NCBI GenBank assembly: GCA_041671365.1
Contig: JBAZBP010000001.1
Coordinates: forward strand, 261,518 to 325,517
Source: Patescibacteria group bacterium
GTDB lineage: Bacteria; Patescibacteriota; Patescibacteriia; Patescibacteriales; UBA12465
Direction: 5' to 3'
DNA length: 64,000 nt
Both the position numbers and the translations under genes were made by a program. Below, piece after piece: positions 47,267-55,010 of this stretch. The notes under the pieces were generated by a model. The model worked only from the letters and a program-made list of their open reading frames with translations, was not told the origin of the DNA and ran no database searches. How positions within the stretch are numbered: position 1 is the stretch's first letter; each line of letters begins with the position of its first letter.

Positions 47267-48013
47267 ATGCCAGACCTAAAAAAATTAACTAAAGAAATAA
47301 CCAATTATGCCAATCAATCGCAGGCGGCAATTCTGCAGCGATTTTTTAAAACCGCACTGGGCCAGTATGGCGCGGGGGATATTTTTTTAGGTCTCAAGGT
47401 ACCGCTGCAGCGGCAAATCGCTAGAAAATATAGTGATTTAGATTTAGTGGCGATAGCTAAACTTTTGGCTAATAAAATTCATGAATTTCGCTTAATTGGA
47501 TTATTAATTTTGGTTGAACAATACGCTTTTGCTCCTGATTTACGACATAAAAAAATAATTGTAGATTTTTATTTGCAAAACACATCTCGAATTAATAATT
47601 GGGATTTAGTGGATTTATCGGCCCCGAAGATTTTAGGGGATTTTTTATGGGAACAGAAAAAGTTGTCGAGTAGAAATTTTCGCTTAACTTCTAAAACCGA
47701 AAGTATTTTGTCTAAGCTGGCCATCTCTTCTAGTTTATGGGAGCGCCGGATAGCTATAGTCGCGACTTATGCTTTTATTAAAAATGGTCAAGCCGACGAA
47801 GCGCTGGGTATCGCTCAGAAATTATTAGGCGATCGCGAAGACTTAATTCATAAGGCGGTCGGCTGGATGCTGCGAGAAGTCGGTAAACGAGTTAGCGAAC
47901 GGAAATTATTGATTTTTCTAAATTATAATCATTTAAGTGTGTCGCGGACTACCTTGCGTTATGCGATTGAACGCCTTAGTCCGTCGCTTCGAGCCAGTTA
48001 TCTCGCCAAGTAG
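47267..48013 (+). CDS. DNA alkylation repair protein (AlkD/AlkC-like HEAT-repeat glycosylase family)
   Basis: QRFFKT..GQYGAGDIFLGLKVPLQRQIARKY, NNWDLVD and HKAVGWMLRE blocks. Confidence 0.75.
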   Translation: MPDLKKLTKEITNYANQSQAAILQRFFKTALGQYGAGDIFLGLKVPLQRQIARKYSDLDLVAIAKLLANKIHEFRLIGLLILVEQYAFAPDLRHKKIIVDFYLQNTSRINNWDLVDLSAPKILGDFLWEQKKLSSRNFRLTSKTESILSKLAISSSLWERRIAIVATYAFIKNGQADEALGIAQKLLGDREDLIHKAVGWMLREVGKRVSERKLLIFLNYNHLSVSRTTLRYAIERLSPSLRASYLAK

Positions 48014-48078
48014 CTGTTTTTATTGTGGTTTTTAAAAGAAGTGTTATAATAATATTAATTATAAATATTAAAAAAAAT

Positions 48079-48852
48079 ATGTTTGAAGAAAATTCTCAAA
48101 ATAATATTAGTGCCGGACAGAAAACAGCTATTATATTAACCGCCTTTGTCTTGTTGGCGTCCGTCATTATTATGGCTATTTTGCGTGATCGAATCGTTAA
48201 TCAGCAATATAAAAATGTAACCGTGACCGGCCAAGGAAAAATAACCTATATACCGGACTTGGCGATAGTTAATCTGGGCGTGCAGATCGATAAAGTCGCT
48301 AAACCGGAAGACGCTTTAAATCAGCTTAACGCCAAGGTCGCCGGTATTATTAAAAGTGTTAAGGAGGCGGGAATCAGTTCGGAAAATATTCAGACGCAGA
48401 ATTATTCTTTATATGCGCAGTATGACTACAAAGATAATGTTTCTCTTATTTCCGGTTATAATGCGAACGAACAGTTAACGATTAAAGTTAGCGGTTATGA
48501 TAAAGATCAGAATAAATTAAGCCGCGTGATTGCTGCCGCAACCAAAGCCGGTGCAAACCAGGTCAACAGTTTAAATTTTGACGCCTCTAATATGATCGAT
48601 TTAAAGCAGTCGGCTCGGATTATGGCAATACAAGACGCTAAAAATAAGAGTGCGGCGCTAGCCTCGGCGGCCGGTGTGAGCCTGGGCGAGATTACCGGTT
48701 GGTATGAGAATTTGATTAATCCCGTGCCTTCTTATAGCAGTTCGATTGATGCTAAAGGCGGTATGGGGGCCGGAGGAGGGGCGGTACCGCAGATTCCCGC
48801 CGGAAATCAGGAAGTTATTATTGAGATTGGTTTAACATATAATATTAAGTAA
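48079..48852 (+). CDS. SIMPL (DUF541) domain protein
   Basis: One TM helix, then VTGQGKITYIPDLAIVNLGV...QNYSLY...GYNANEQLTIKV...AKNKSAALA, typical of SIMPL / 26-kDa periplasmic immunogenic protein. Confidence 0.8.
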   Translation: MFEENSQNNISAGQKTAIILTAFVLLASVIIMAILRDRIVNQQYKNVTVTGQGKITYIPDLAIVNLGVQIDKVAKPEDALNQLNAKVAGIIKSVKEAGISSENIQTQNYSLYAQYDYKDNVSLISGYNANEQLTIKVSGYDKDQNKLSRVIAAATKAGANQVNSLNFDASNMIDLKQSARIMAIQDAKNKSAALASAAGVSLGEITGWYENLINPVPSYSSSIDAKGGMGAGGGAVPQIPAGNQEVIIEIGLTYNIK

Positions 48853-48854
48853 TT

Positions 48855-51323
48855 ATGAACGGAAACGGTAACGCAGATTCCAACCGTAATCTTTTGGCTG
48901 GTAAAACGGTTATAATCGTGAACACGGCCAGTGCTCACGACCCTCTACACTCGAAGAAATCATTTATTAGAAAAGTAAAAAGTTTCGGACTGAAAATAAT
49001 TGTTTTAAGTCGCGAGGCTAACACTTTTCAGCCTTACGTTGACTATTGTTTGACGGCCAACACTTTAAATTATGCCGAGGCCTTAACGGTTCTGGATGAT
49101 TTCTTAAAAGATAATCCGGAGGTTAAACCGGATGGTGTCATTACCTTTTTAGAAGATGATGTTCTGTTAACCGCAAAAATTGCCGATAAGTATAAATTAA
49201 TCAGCACTTCTTATAAAGTCGCTAATCGCGTTCGCAATAAGCATTCTTTTCGGGAGTTTTGTGCGGCCAATAGTTTGCCGGTAGTTAAATTCCGCGAGTT
49301 GAAGAGTAGTCGAGATTTAGAGGAGGTTATTAAGTTATTTCATTTTCCCTTGGTTGTTAAACCAATTTACGGAGCGGCTAGCGCTTTTGTAATTAAAGTG
49401 AATAACGAGGAAGAATTGCGGGAGAGTTATCGCGATATTAAAAAAGATATTTCGGCCAAAGTAGAGTCGGCGCTAAACGACGGTTTAGAAGTTTTTGTCG
49501 AAGAGTATATTGATGGCGATGAAGTTGATATGGATATCTTGATTCAAAATGGAAAAATTAAATTTTGGGCAATTAGCGATAATGGTAAAACTAAAGAACC
49601 GTTTTTTATTGAAACCGTCCGCGTTACTCCTTCAAACTTGCCTCAAAAGAATCAAGCCGAACTTTTAGTGATGGCCGATGAAACTCTAGAAAAATTAGGG
49701 ATTTTAAACGGTTGTATTCATTTTGAAGCGAAATCAACGCCGCTTGGACCAATGCCTTTAGAAATTAATTTACGTCTTGGGGGCGATGAAGTCTATCCGA
49801 GCGTCAAAGCGGCTTGGCATGTGGATTTAATCGAGAATTTATTAAAAATTGCTTGCGGTTTATATATTCCGAAATTTGAATTTCCGTCGGGACCCTATGA
49901 ATATTTAATTGCCGATACTTTTTCTTCGGATTATTCCGGAATTGTCGTAAATTTGGATATCGCCGATGATTTAAGACGGCGGCCCTATATCAAGGAATTT
50001 CAGTTTGAAAAAAAGATCGGTGATTCGGTTTTAACGCCGCCGGACGGTTACGAATACCTCGGTTGGATTTTAGTCAGCGGCAGCAATGCGCTCGACGCTC
50101 AAGATAATTTGCAGGAAGCGGAAAAAGCGGTTAATTATGAAGTCGCGAAATTTCACCCCGCTTCTTCAATAGGTAAGACGGCCAGAAAGTCGCCTTTTTC
50201 AGCTTCCGTGATTAATCGGGAAATTTTGAAGCGCGGGAGTAAAATTGAAAAAATTCGGCGGATGGCTATTTCCAGCCAGCGTAATTTACATATCGGCATC
50301 GCCTGTAATTTATACGAGGAAAACGCCGCCGATCAGGAAACGGCCGTTGAAAACGATTTAACGGTTATCGGCAAAGATATTGAAAAAACTCTTAAGGAAA
50401 GGGGTTATAAAATAAGTTTTTTTGATTTTAACGATTTACCGAAAGCCTTTAATGATTTAAAAAACAGCGACGTCGATTTAGTGGTTAATGTCTGCGAGCG
50501 GATTAATAATTCTAGTTTGCTGGAACCGCATGCGGCCTCAATTTTAGATACTCTGCAAATTCCTTATACCGGATCCAATCCTTTTACCCTGGGACTTTGT
50601 ATCGATAAAATTAGGGTAAAAAAATTATTAAGTTATCATAAAATTCCTACCCCAGAATGGGATTATGTTTATTCGTTAGATGATGATATTCGTGAGGACT
50701 TAAAATATCCTCTAATAGTAAAACCGGCCAACACTGATAATTCTATCGGTATTACTAATGATTCCGTAGTTAGAAATAAAGAAGAGCTATACCGGCAATT
50801 AGAAGTGGTCTTAAAACAAATCGGTCGTCCGGCGTTAATTGAGGAATATATTGATGGCGACGAGTATGATGTGCCGATTATCGGCAGCGAAGATGATGAT
50901 TTGCGCATTCTTCCTTTAGCACGCTCAATCTTCGATGAATTACCGGCTAATTTATGGCATATTTATCCCTTTGAGGCGAAATATACGGACGGCGGTGAAT
51001 ATAAAAAGATTGTGGTGCAGCGTCCGCCAAAAAATATTAATAAGAAGCTTGAGGCGCTGCTGGGAGAAATTGCTCTTGATACTTATAATATTCTGGATTG
51101 TCACGATTACGGACGGATTGAAATTCGGGTCGACAAAAACAATAACCCTTATGTTCTCGAACTTAATCCCAATCCATCACTCGACGCCGAAGGAACTTTT
51201 TCCGCTTCGGCCGAAGTTATCGGCCTGGATTATGGGGACTTTTTAGAAGAAATAATTCGACTGGCCATTAAGCGCTATAAAGACAATCCGCCTTATTATC
51301 ATCTGCAACCGAACGTGATGTAA
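48855..51323 (+). CDS. fused protein with two ATP-grasp ligase modules (N-terminal amino-acid-ligase-like, C-terminal D-Ala-D-Ala-ligase-like)
   Basis: Module 1: FPLVVKPIYGAASAFVIKV, VFVEEYIDGDEVDMDIL and LEINLRLGGD. Module 2: YPLIVKPANTDNSIGIT, ALIEEYIDGDEYDVPIIG and YVLELNPNPSL. 822 aa in total. Confidence 0.8.
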   Translation: MNGNGNADSNRNLLAGKTVIIVNTASAHDPLHSKKSFIRKVKSFGLKIIVLSREANTFQPYVDYCLTANTLNYAEALTVLDDFLKDNPEVKPDGVITFLEDDVLLTAKIADKYKLISTSYKVANRVRNKHSFREFCAANSLPVVKFRELKSSRDLEEVIKLFHFPLVVKPIYGAASAFVIKVNNEEELRESYRDIKKDISAKVESALNDGLEVFVEEYIDGDEVDMDILIQNGKIKFWAISDNGKTKEPFFIETVRVTPSNLPQKNQAELLVMADETLEKLGILNGCIHFEAKSTPLGPMPLEINLRLGGDEVYPSVKAAWHVDLIENLLKIACGLYIPKFEFPSGPYEYLIADTFSSDYSGIVVNLDIADDLRRRPYIKEFQFEKKIGDSVLTPPDGYEYLGWILVSGSNALDAQDNLQEAEKAVNYEVAKFHPASSIGKTARKSPFSASVINREILKRGSKIEKIRRMAISSQRNLHIGIACNLYEENAADQETAVENDLTVIGKDIEKTLKERGYKISFFDFNDLPKAFNDLKNSDVDLVVNVCERINNSSLLEPHAASILDTLQIPYTGSNPFTLGLCIDKIRVKKLLSYHKIPTPEWDYVYSLDDDIREDLKYPLIVKPANTDNSIGITNDSVVRNKEELYRQLEVVLKQIGRPALIEEYIDGDEYDVPIIGSEDDDLRILPLARSIFDELPANLWHIYPFEAKYTDGGEYKKIVVQRPPKNINKKLEALLGEIALDTYNILDCHDYGRIEIRVDKNNNPYVLELNPNPSLDAEGTFSASAEVIGLDYGDFLEEIIRLAIKRYKDNPPYYHLQPNVM

Positions 51324-51332
51324 CCCAATAAT

Positions 51333-52247
51333 ATGATTGAACTAAAAGTAATCAGCGACTTAGAGACGGCGCGTAAGGTTTGGGAAGCTTTATCGCCAGG
51401 GGAAACTATTTATGATCTGTGGGAATTCCGCCTGTGTTTTTATCGACAAGAGCCGCAAGCTCTATATTTTTATACTATTTATGAAAACGAGCAGCCGGTA
51501 GCGCTATTGCCTTTGCAATATAATCAGGAATTAGTTTGTTTAGAGTTTTTTGCGGAAAATTTTATGGACGATAATCGTCCCTTTTTTAGACCGGGATATG
51601 AATATTTATTGCCTCAATTATTTCAGATAGATTTTAAACAAACGGTTAAAATTTATGATCTTAAAGGCGAAGATAAATTTACGAGTGCATTGCCGCTGGA
51701 AGATTATATTTATTTTTTGGACACGACAAATCTTCGCAGTTTTGATGACTATTTAAAACAGGCTTTTTCTGACGGTCATAAGCGAGCTAATTTTAAACGT
51801 TTATTTACTCTTTTAGAACGAGATCATGAGGTTAAGGTCAACGTGAATGATTTTAATGACCTGTCGCTTATCATAGATTTAAATGTTAAGCATTTTGGTG
51901 ATGAATCATATTTACGAACAGTTAAAGAACGGCAGGCTTTTTATGATTTATTGAAATTACCGTTGGATTGGCACCTCATAACTATCAGTGTGGACGGTCA
52001 AAAATTGGCCGGATCGCTGGCCATAATTTATCGAGGTACTTATTTTTATTTGCTGGTCGGTTCTGATTTGAGTATTTTTCCTAATGTTTTTAAATATTTA
52101 ACTAAGATTAATTTAGAGACCGCTTTGGCCAAGGCGGTAAAAATTTTTGATTGTTCGCTGGGCGACTGTAATTGGAAGAGTCATTGGCATTTAGCGCGGC
52201 GGCCGCTTTATAAATTTATTAAGTCGCCGGCGACTGACATAAATTAA
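51333..52247 (+). CDS. FemAB-fold GNAT-like acyl/aminoacyl-transferase (CelD/BcsL, Acetyltransf_6-like)
   Basis: 304 aa. The N-terminal W..L...........W...W pattern and C-terminal GSLAIIYRGTYFYLLVGSD...KYLTKINLETA resemble CelD-type GNATs. Recognised by eye only. Confidence 0.6.
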   Translation: MIELKVISDLETARKVWEALSPGETIYDLWEFRLCFYRQEPQALYFYTIYENEQPVALLPLQYNQELVCLEFFAENFMDDNRPFFRPGYEYLLPQLFQIDFKQTVKIYDLKGEDKFTSALPLEDYIYFLDTTNLRSFDDYLKQAFSDGHKRANFKRLFTLLERDHEVKVNVNDFNDLSLIIDLNVKHFGDESYLRTVKERQAFYDLLKLPLDWHLITISVDGQKLAGSLAIIYRGTYFYLLVGSDLSIFPNVFKYLTKINLETALAKAVKIFDCSLGDCNWKSHWHLARRPLYKFIKSPATDIN

Positions 52248-52256
52248 GATATTTAT

Positions 52257-52796
52257 ATGATCATGAAATACGTTAAAACTATACCGCGGTTGATGTTTGA
52301 ATTGCGCCCCTCTCGGGCCTTACCTGGAGAGGTAGCGACTTTTGCGGTACGTAACATTAAAAAAGGGGAAATTATCGCCGATGTTGATTCGCCGGAAGAA
52401 GCGGTTATCATCTCGAGGAACGATTTAAAAAATTTGGATCCAATTACTCGCCGCAAGATTGCCAACTTCGCTCTTTTAGAGGATGATGAATATATCTTAC
52501 CGGCTGATTTTAATAACATGGGAGCATCTTGGTATTTTAATCATAGCTGTGCGGCTAATGTCGGTTATGATAAAAAGGGAAATTTTGTGGCGGCGCGAGC
52601 CATCAAAAAAGATGAAGAATTATTCCTGGATTACGGACGGATGTTTACCGATCCGAAGTTTAAAATGAAGTGTAGCTGCGGGGCGCCCGCCTGTCGGCGG
52701 GTCATTACCGGCAACGACTGGCTAGATCCGGAATTTAGAAAAAAAAATATTACGGCCATGTGGCCGGCGATGAGAAAATTATCGCCTAAAAAATAA
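52257..52796 (+). CDS. SET-domain protein methyltransferase (paralogue 1)
   Basis: WYFNHSCAANV, DEELFLDYG and post-SET CSCGAPACRR. Confidence 0.85.
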   Translation: MIMKYVKTIPRLMFELRPSRALPGEVATFAVRNIKKGEIIADVDSPEEAVIISRNDLKNLDPITRRKIANFALLEDDEYILPADFNNMGASWYFNHSCAANVGYDKKGNFVAARAIKKDEELFLDYGRMFTDPKFKMKCSCGAPACRRVITGNDWLDPEFRKKNITAMWPAMRKLSPKK

Positions 52797-52799
52797 TTT

Positions 52800-53546
52800 A
52801 TGTTTTTATTACCACCTGTCTATTATCAAGTTAAAAAAACTAAGCACAAAGGGCGTGGTGTTTTTGCGCGCAAAGAAATACCGGCCGGAACAATTATCGG
52901 CGACTATACCGGCCGTTTAATTAAAGACGAAGAAATTGAGGCGATTGAGGAGAAATTTGGCCGTGCTTGTTATTCCATGGATTATAATAATAACGGCTTA
53001 TCGATTTTTCCTTTAGATGTAAAAGCCTCGGGCGTTCATTTAATCAATCATTCTTGTTCGGCTAATTGCGATACTTATTTTTATTACGGCCATACTTTAT
53101 TTTTTTCTTTGCGCCGGCTTTTGCCGGGTGAGGAAATAACCATCGATTATAGTTTTGATCCGGAAGATGGCGGCAAACAAGAGGGAATTAATCCCTGTTT
53201 CTGCGGCAGCCCATTTTGTCGCGGGACGATGTATACGAGTGATGAAAAGCTTAGACGCTACGGTGCATTTTGTCGCCAAGAAACCAAGGGGCAGAAGTTT
53301 ACATTATTGACCGCCGGAGAATTTCTGTCGCCTTTGAAAAAATATCCCAAGAGAATAAAAGATAATAAGATTTTTAATTTATTTGCTGATTTAAAGATAA
53401 AATCTTTAAGTTACGACGATAAGAAGCTACCGTCGCTCACCGAATTAAGAAAACGTCTAAGAACTACAGGTAGGATTTTAAATTTTATTAGTTTAGGGTT
53501 AAAGGTTGTGGCCGTGGTTGACGGGAAAATAGTGGTAGAAAAATAA
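52800..53546 (+). CDS. SET-domain protein methyltransferase (paralogue 2, with ~100-aa C-terminal extension)
   Basis: GRGVFARKEIPAGTIIGDYTG, LINHSCSANC, GEEITIDYSF and post-SET CFCGSPFCRG. Confidence 0.85.
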   Translation: MFLLPPVYYQVKKTKHKGRGVFARKEIPAGTIIGDYTGRLIKDEEIEAIEEKFGRACYSMDYNNNGLSIFPLDVKASGVHLINHSCSANCDTYFYYGHTLFFSLRRLLPGEEITIDYSFDPEDGGKQEGINPCFCGSPFCRGTMYTSDEKLRRYGAFCRQETKGQKFTLLTAGEFLSPLKKYPKRIKDNKIFNLFADLKIKSLSYDDKKLPSLTELRKRLRTTGRILNFISLGLKVVAVVDGKIVVEK

Positions 53547-53595
53547 TCATTGGCTGGAAATTTTTAGGAACAAGAGAATTAAAAAGCCTTGTATA

Positions 53596-53625
53596 TTGGC
53601 ATGTTTTTAGGAGGTGTGCTATAAT
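53596..53625 (+). promoter_or_regulatory. promoter candidate for the HU gene
   Basis: TTGGCA (53596-53601), 18 nt, then TATAAT (53620-53625) preceded by TGC (extended -10 TGCTATAAT at 53617-53625). Confidence 0.55.
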
Positions 53626-53798
53626 AGACTTATAAACATTAGAGTTCTTAAAACAGGGAGTCAAAAAGGCTGATAAATCAAGGTAATTCCAGATCATTAA
53701 TAATTAATTTCTAATTAATTTAAAATAGTAATCATTTTTAATTGGTATTATTATTAAGCAGTTTTAAACTACTTATTAGTAATCCCCATGCTAAAATT

Positions 53799-54080
53799 AT
53801 GTCAAAAATGACAAAATCGCAGATGATCGCTTCCTTAGCGGAGACGACCGGTTTGAGCAAAAAAGACACTGTTAGTTTTATGGATAAATTGGCGGAATTC
53901 GTTTATAAAGAGGTTAAGAAATCCGGTGAATGTATCGTTCCTGGTTTTGGTAAATTAGTTAAGGCTAAGAGAAAAGCGCGTGATGGTCGCAATCCGGCAA
54001 CCGGCGAAACTATCCACATTCCAGCTAAAACCGTGGTAAAATTTCGTTTAGCCAAGGCAGTAAAAGATACAGTTCTTTAG
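53799..54080 (+). CDS. hup: DNA-binding protein HU
   Basis: MTKSQMIASLAE.TGLSKKD...FGKLVKAKRKARDGRNPATGETIHIPAKTVVKFRLAK, the canonical HU/IHF fold sequence. Start at the ATG at 53799 or 53808. Confidence 0.9.
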   Translation: MSKMTKSQMIASLAETTGLSKKDTVSFMDKLAEFVYKEVKKSGECIVPGFGKLVKAKRKARDGRNPATGETIHIPAKTVVKFRLAKAVKDTVL

Positions 54081-54098
54081 TTTGTTGTTAGTCTACTT

Positions 54099-54137
54099 AA
54101 AAAACCAGCCCGTCGGAATCCGGGGTGGTTTTTTTTG
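54099..54137. terminator. bidirectional terminator between HU (+) and the HTH gene (-)
   Basis: AACCAGCCCG-TCGGAAT-CGGGGTGGTT (one mismatch), flanked by an A-run and a T-run. Confidence 0.7.
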
Positions 54138-54154
54138 TTGATAGGTGATATTTA

Positions 54155-54418
54155 TCATTTCCATTCAGCGACATATTGGCCCAAGCCGAAGTCGCGCAAT
54201 TTATTTTTCAGTTTAGTATTCTTATTAAGAAAGATTAAAAGGGAGGCGAAATCAATTTGATAACGGTTCTTAACTATTTTATATTGTAGATTTGGATCGG
54301 TTTTAATGGCTCGTCTGATGGTTTTTCCTTGGACGCCGCCTAAAGACGCGGCTTCAGAGACTGAAACCCAGATAGGATAAGTTACTTCCTTAGTCTTTGT
54401 AGTAATTGCATTAATCAT
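54155..54418 (-). CDS. small helix-turn-helix DNA-binding protein (excisionase/MerR-type HTH_17-like)
   Basis: WVSVSEAASLGGVQGKTIRRAIK...KNRYQIDFASLLIFL. Confidence 0.75.
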   Translation of the reverse strand: MINAITTKTKEVTYPIWVSVSEAASLGGVQGKTIRRAIKTDPNLQYKIVKNRYQIDFASLLIFLNKNTKLKNKLRDFGLGQYVAEWK

Positions 54419-54440
54419 TTGCTTGAGTACTTATTATATA

Positions 54441-54465
54441 TAAGTCTACAATGTTTTGGACTTAA
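54441..54465. promoter_or_regulatory. palindromic operator-like site 1 (TAAGTC-N12-GACTTA)
   Basis: TAAGTC (54441-54446), 12 nt, then GACTTAA (54459-54465). Lies just upstream of a minus-strand TATAAT (54438-54433) of the HTH gene. Confidence 0.5.
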
Positions 54466-54500
54466 ATTGAATATAAGCTAATAAATAATTAAAAATTTAT

Positions 54501-54526
54501 TTAAGTCTAAAGTATTATGGACTTAA
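54501..54526. promoter_or_regulatory. palindromic operator-like site 2 (TTAAGTC-N12-GACTTAA)
   Basis: Perfect 7-bp arms at 54501-54507 and 54520-54526. Confidence 0.5.
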
Positions 54527-54595
54527 ATATAATAATTATTATAAAAAATGTCAAATTTAAAAAACAACAAATTGTATAACTCTGAATATTTAGCT

Positions 54596-54621
54596 TTAAG
54601 TCTATATATGTTTAGACTTAA
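54596..54621. promoter_or_regulatory. palindromic operator-like site 3 (TTAAGTC-N12-GACTTAA)
   Basis: Perfect 7-bp arms at 54596-54602 and 54615-54621. Abuts a plus-strand TATAAT at 54624-54629. Confidence 0.5.
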
Positions 54622-54893
54622 GTTATAATATCTTAAATCTTTTATTTATATAAAGTCAATGGGCAAATCGTTCGGCACTTAGGATGGTAAAAAAGAAGAC
54701 TGGATAAAATGATAAATATCTATTTAAAGCGCAATAAATGGGAAGGCATTACTTTAATTTTTAGCTCTAGAGCGTTTATTATAGAGGTTATTTTTCTTGC
54801 TTTTTAGCTCTTCTTTTGTTAACATAGGGAGCGTAAACTTAAGAGTAAATTGTAGCCGGGCAAAACTATTCTCGTTATTTTTTGTTAATATAG

Positions 54894-54958
54894 ATTATTC
54901 GCTACGCCTGTCTGCCCTGCCTACCGGACAGGCAGGCGGCAAGCAGACTCAGAATAAT
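54894..54958. repeat. 65-nt nested hairpin element (AT outer stem, GC-rich core)
   Basis: Three nested stems: ATTATTC/GAATAAT (54894-54900 / 54952-54958), GTCTGC/GCAGAC, and CTGCC/GGCAG around TACCGGACA. Confidence 0.45.
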
Positions 54959-55010
54959 AACGAAAAATTAGTCAAGATAATGGAGAAAAAAATTGTCATT
55001 AATAATATAG

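Noticed and set aside
52253-52668. ORFs 52253-52519 (-) and 52483-52668 (+) overlapping the first SET gene.
   Set aside because: The SET frame carries canonical NHSC / ELFLDYG / post-SET motifs. The overlapping frames have none.
53488-53697. 69-aa minus-strand ORF between the SET2 and HU genes.
   Set aside because: It overlaps the 3' end of the SET2 CDS and the HU promoter, and has no motifs. The region is better explained as the HU promoter and 5' UTR.
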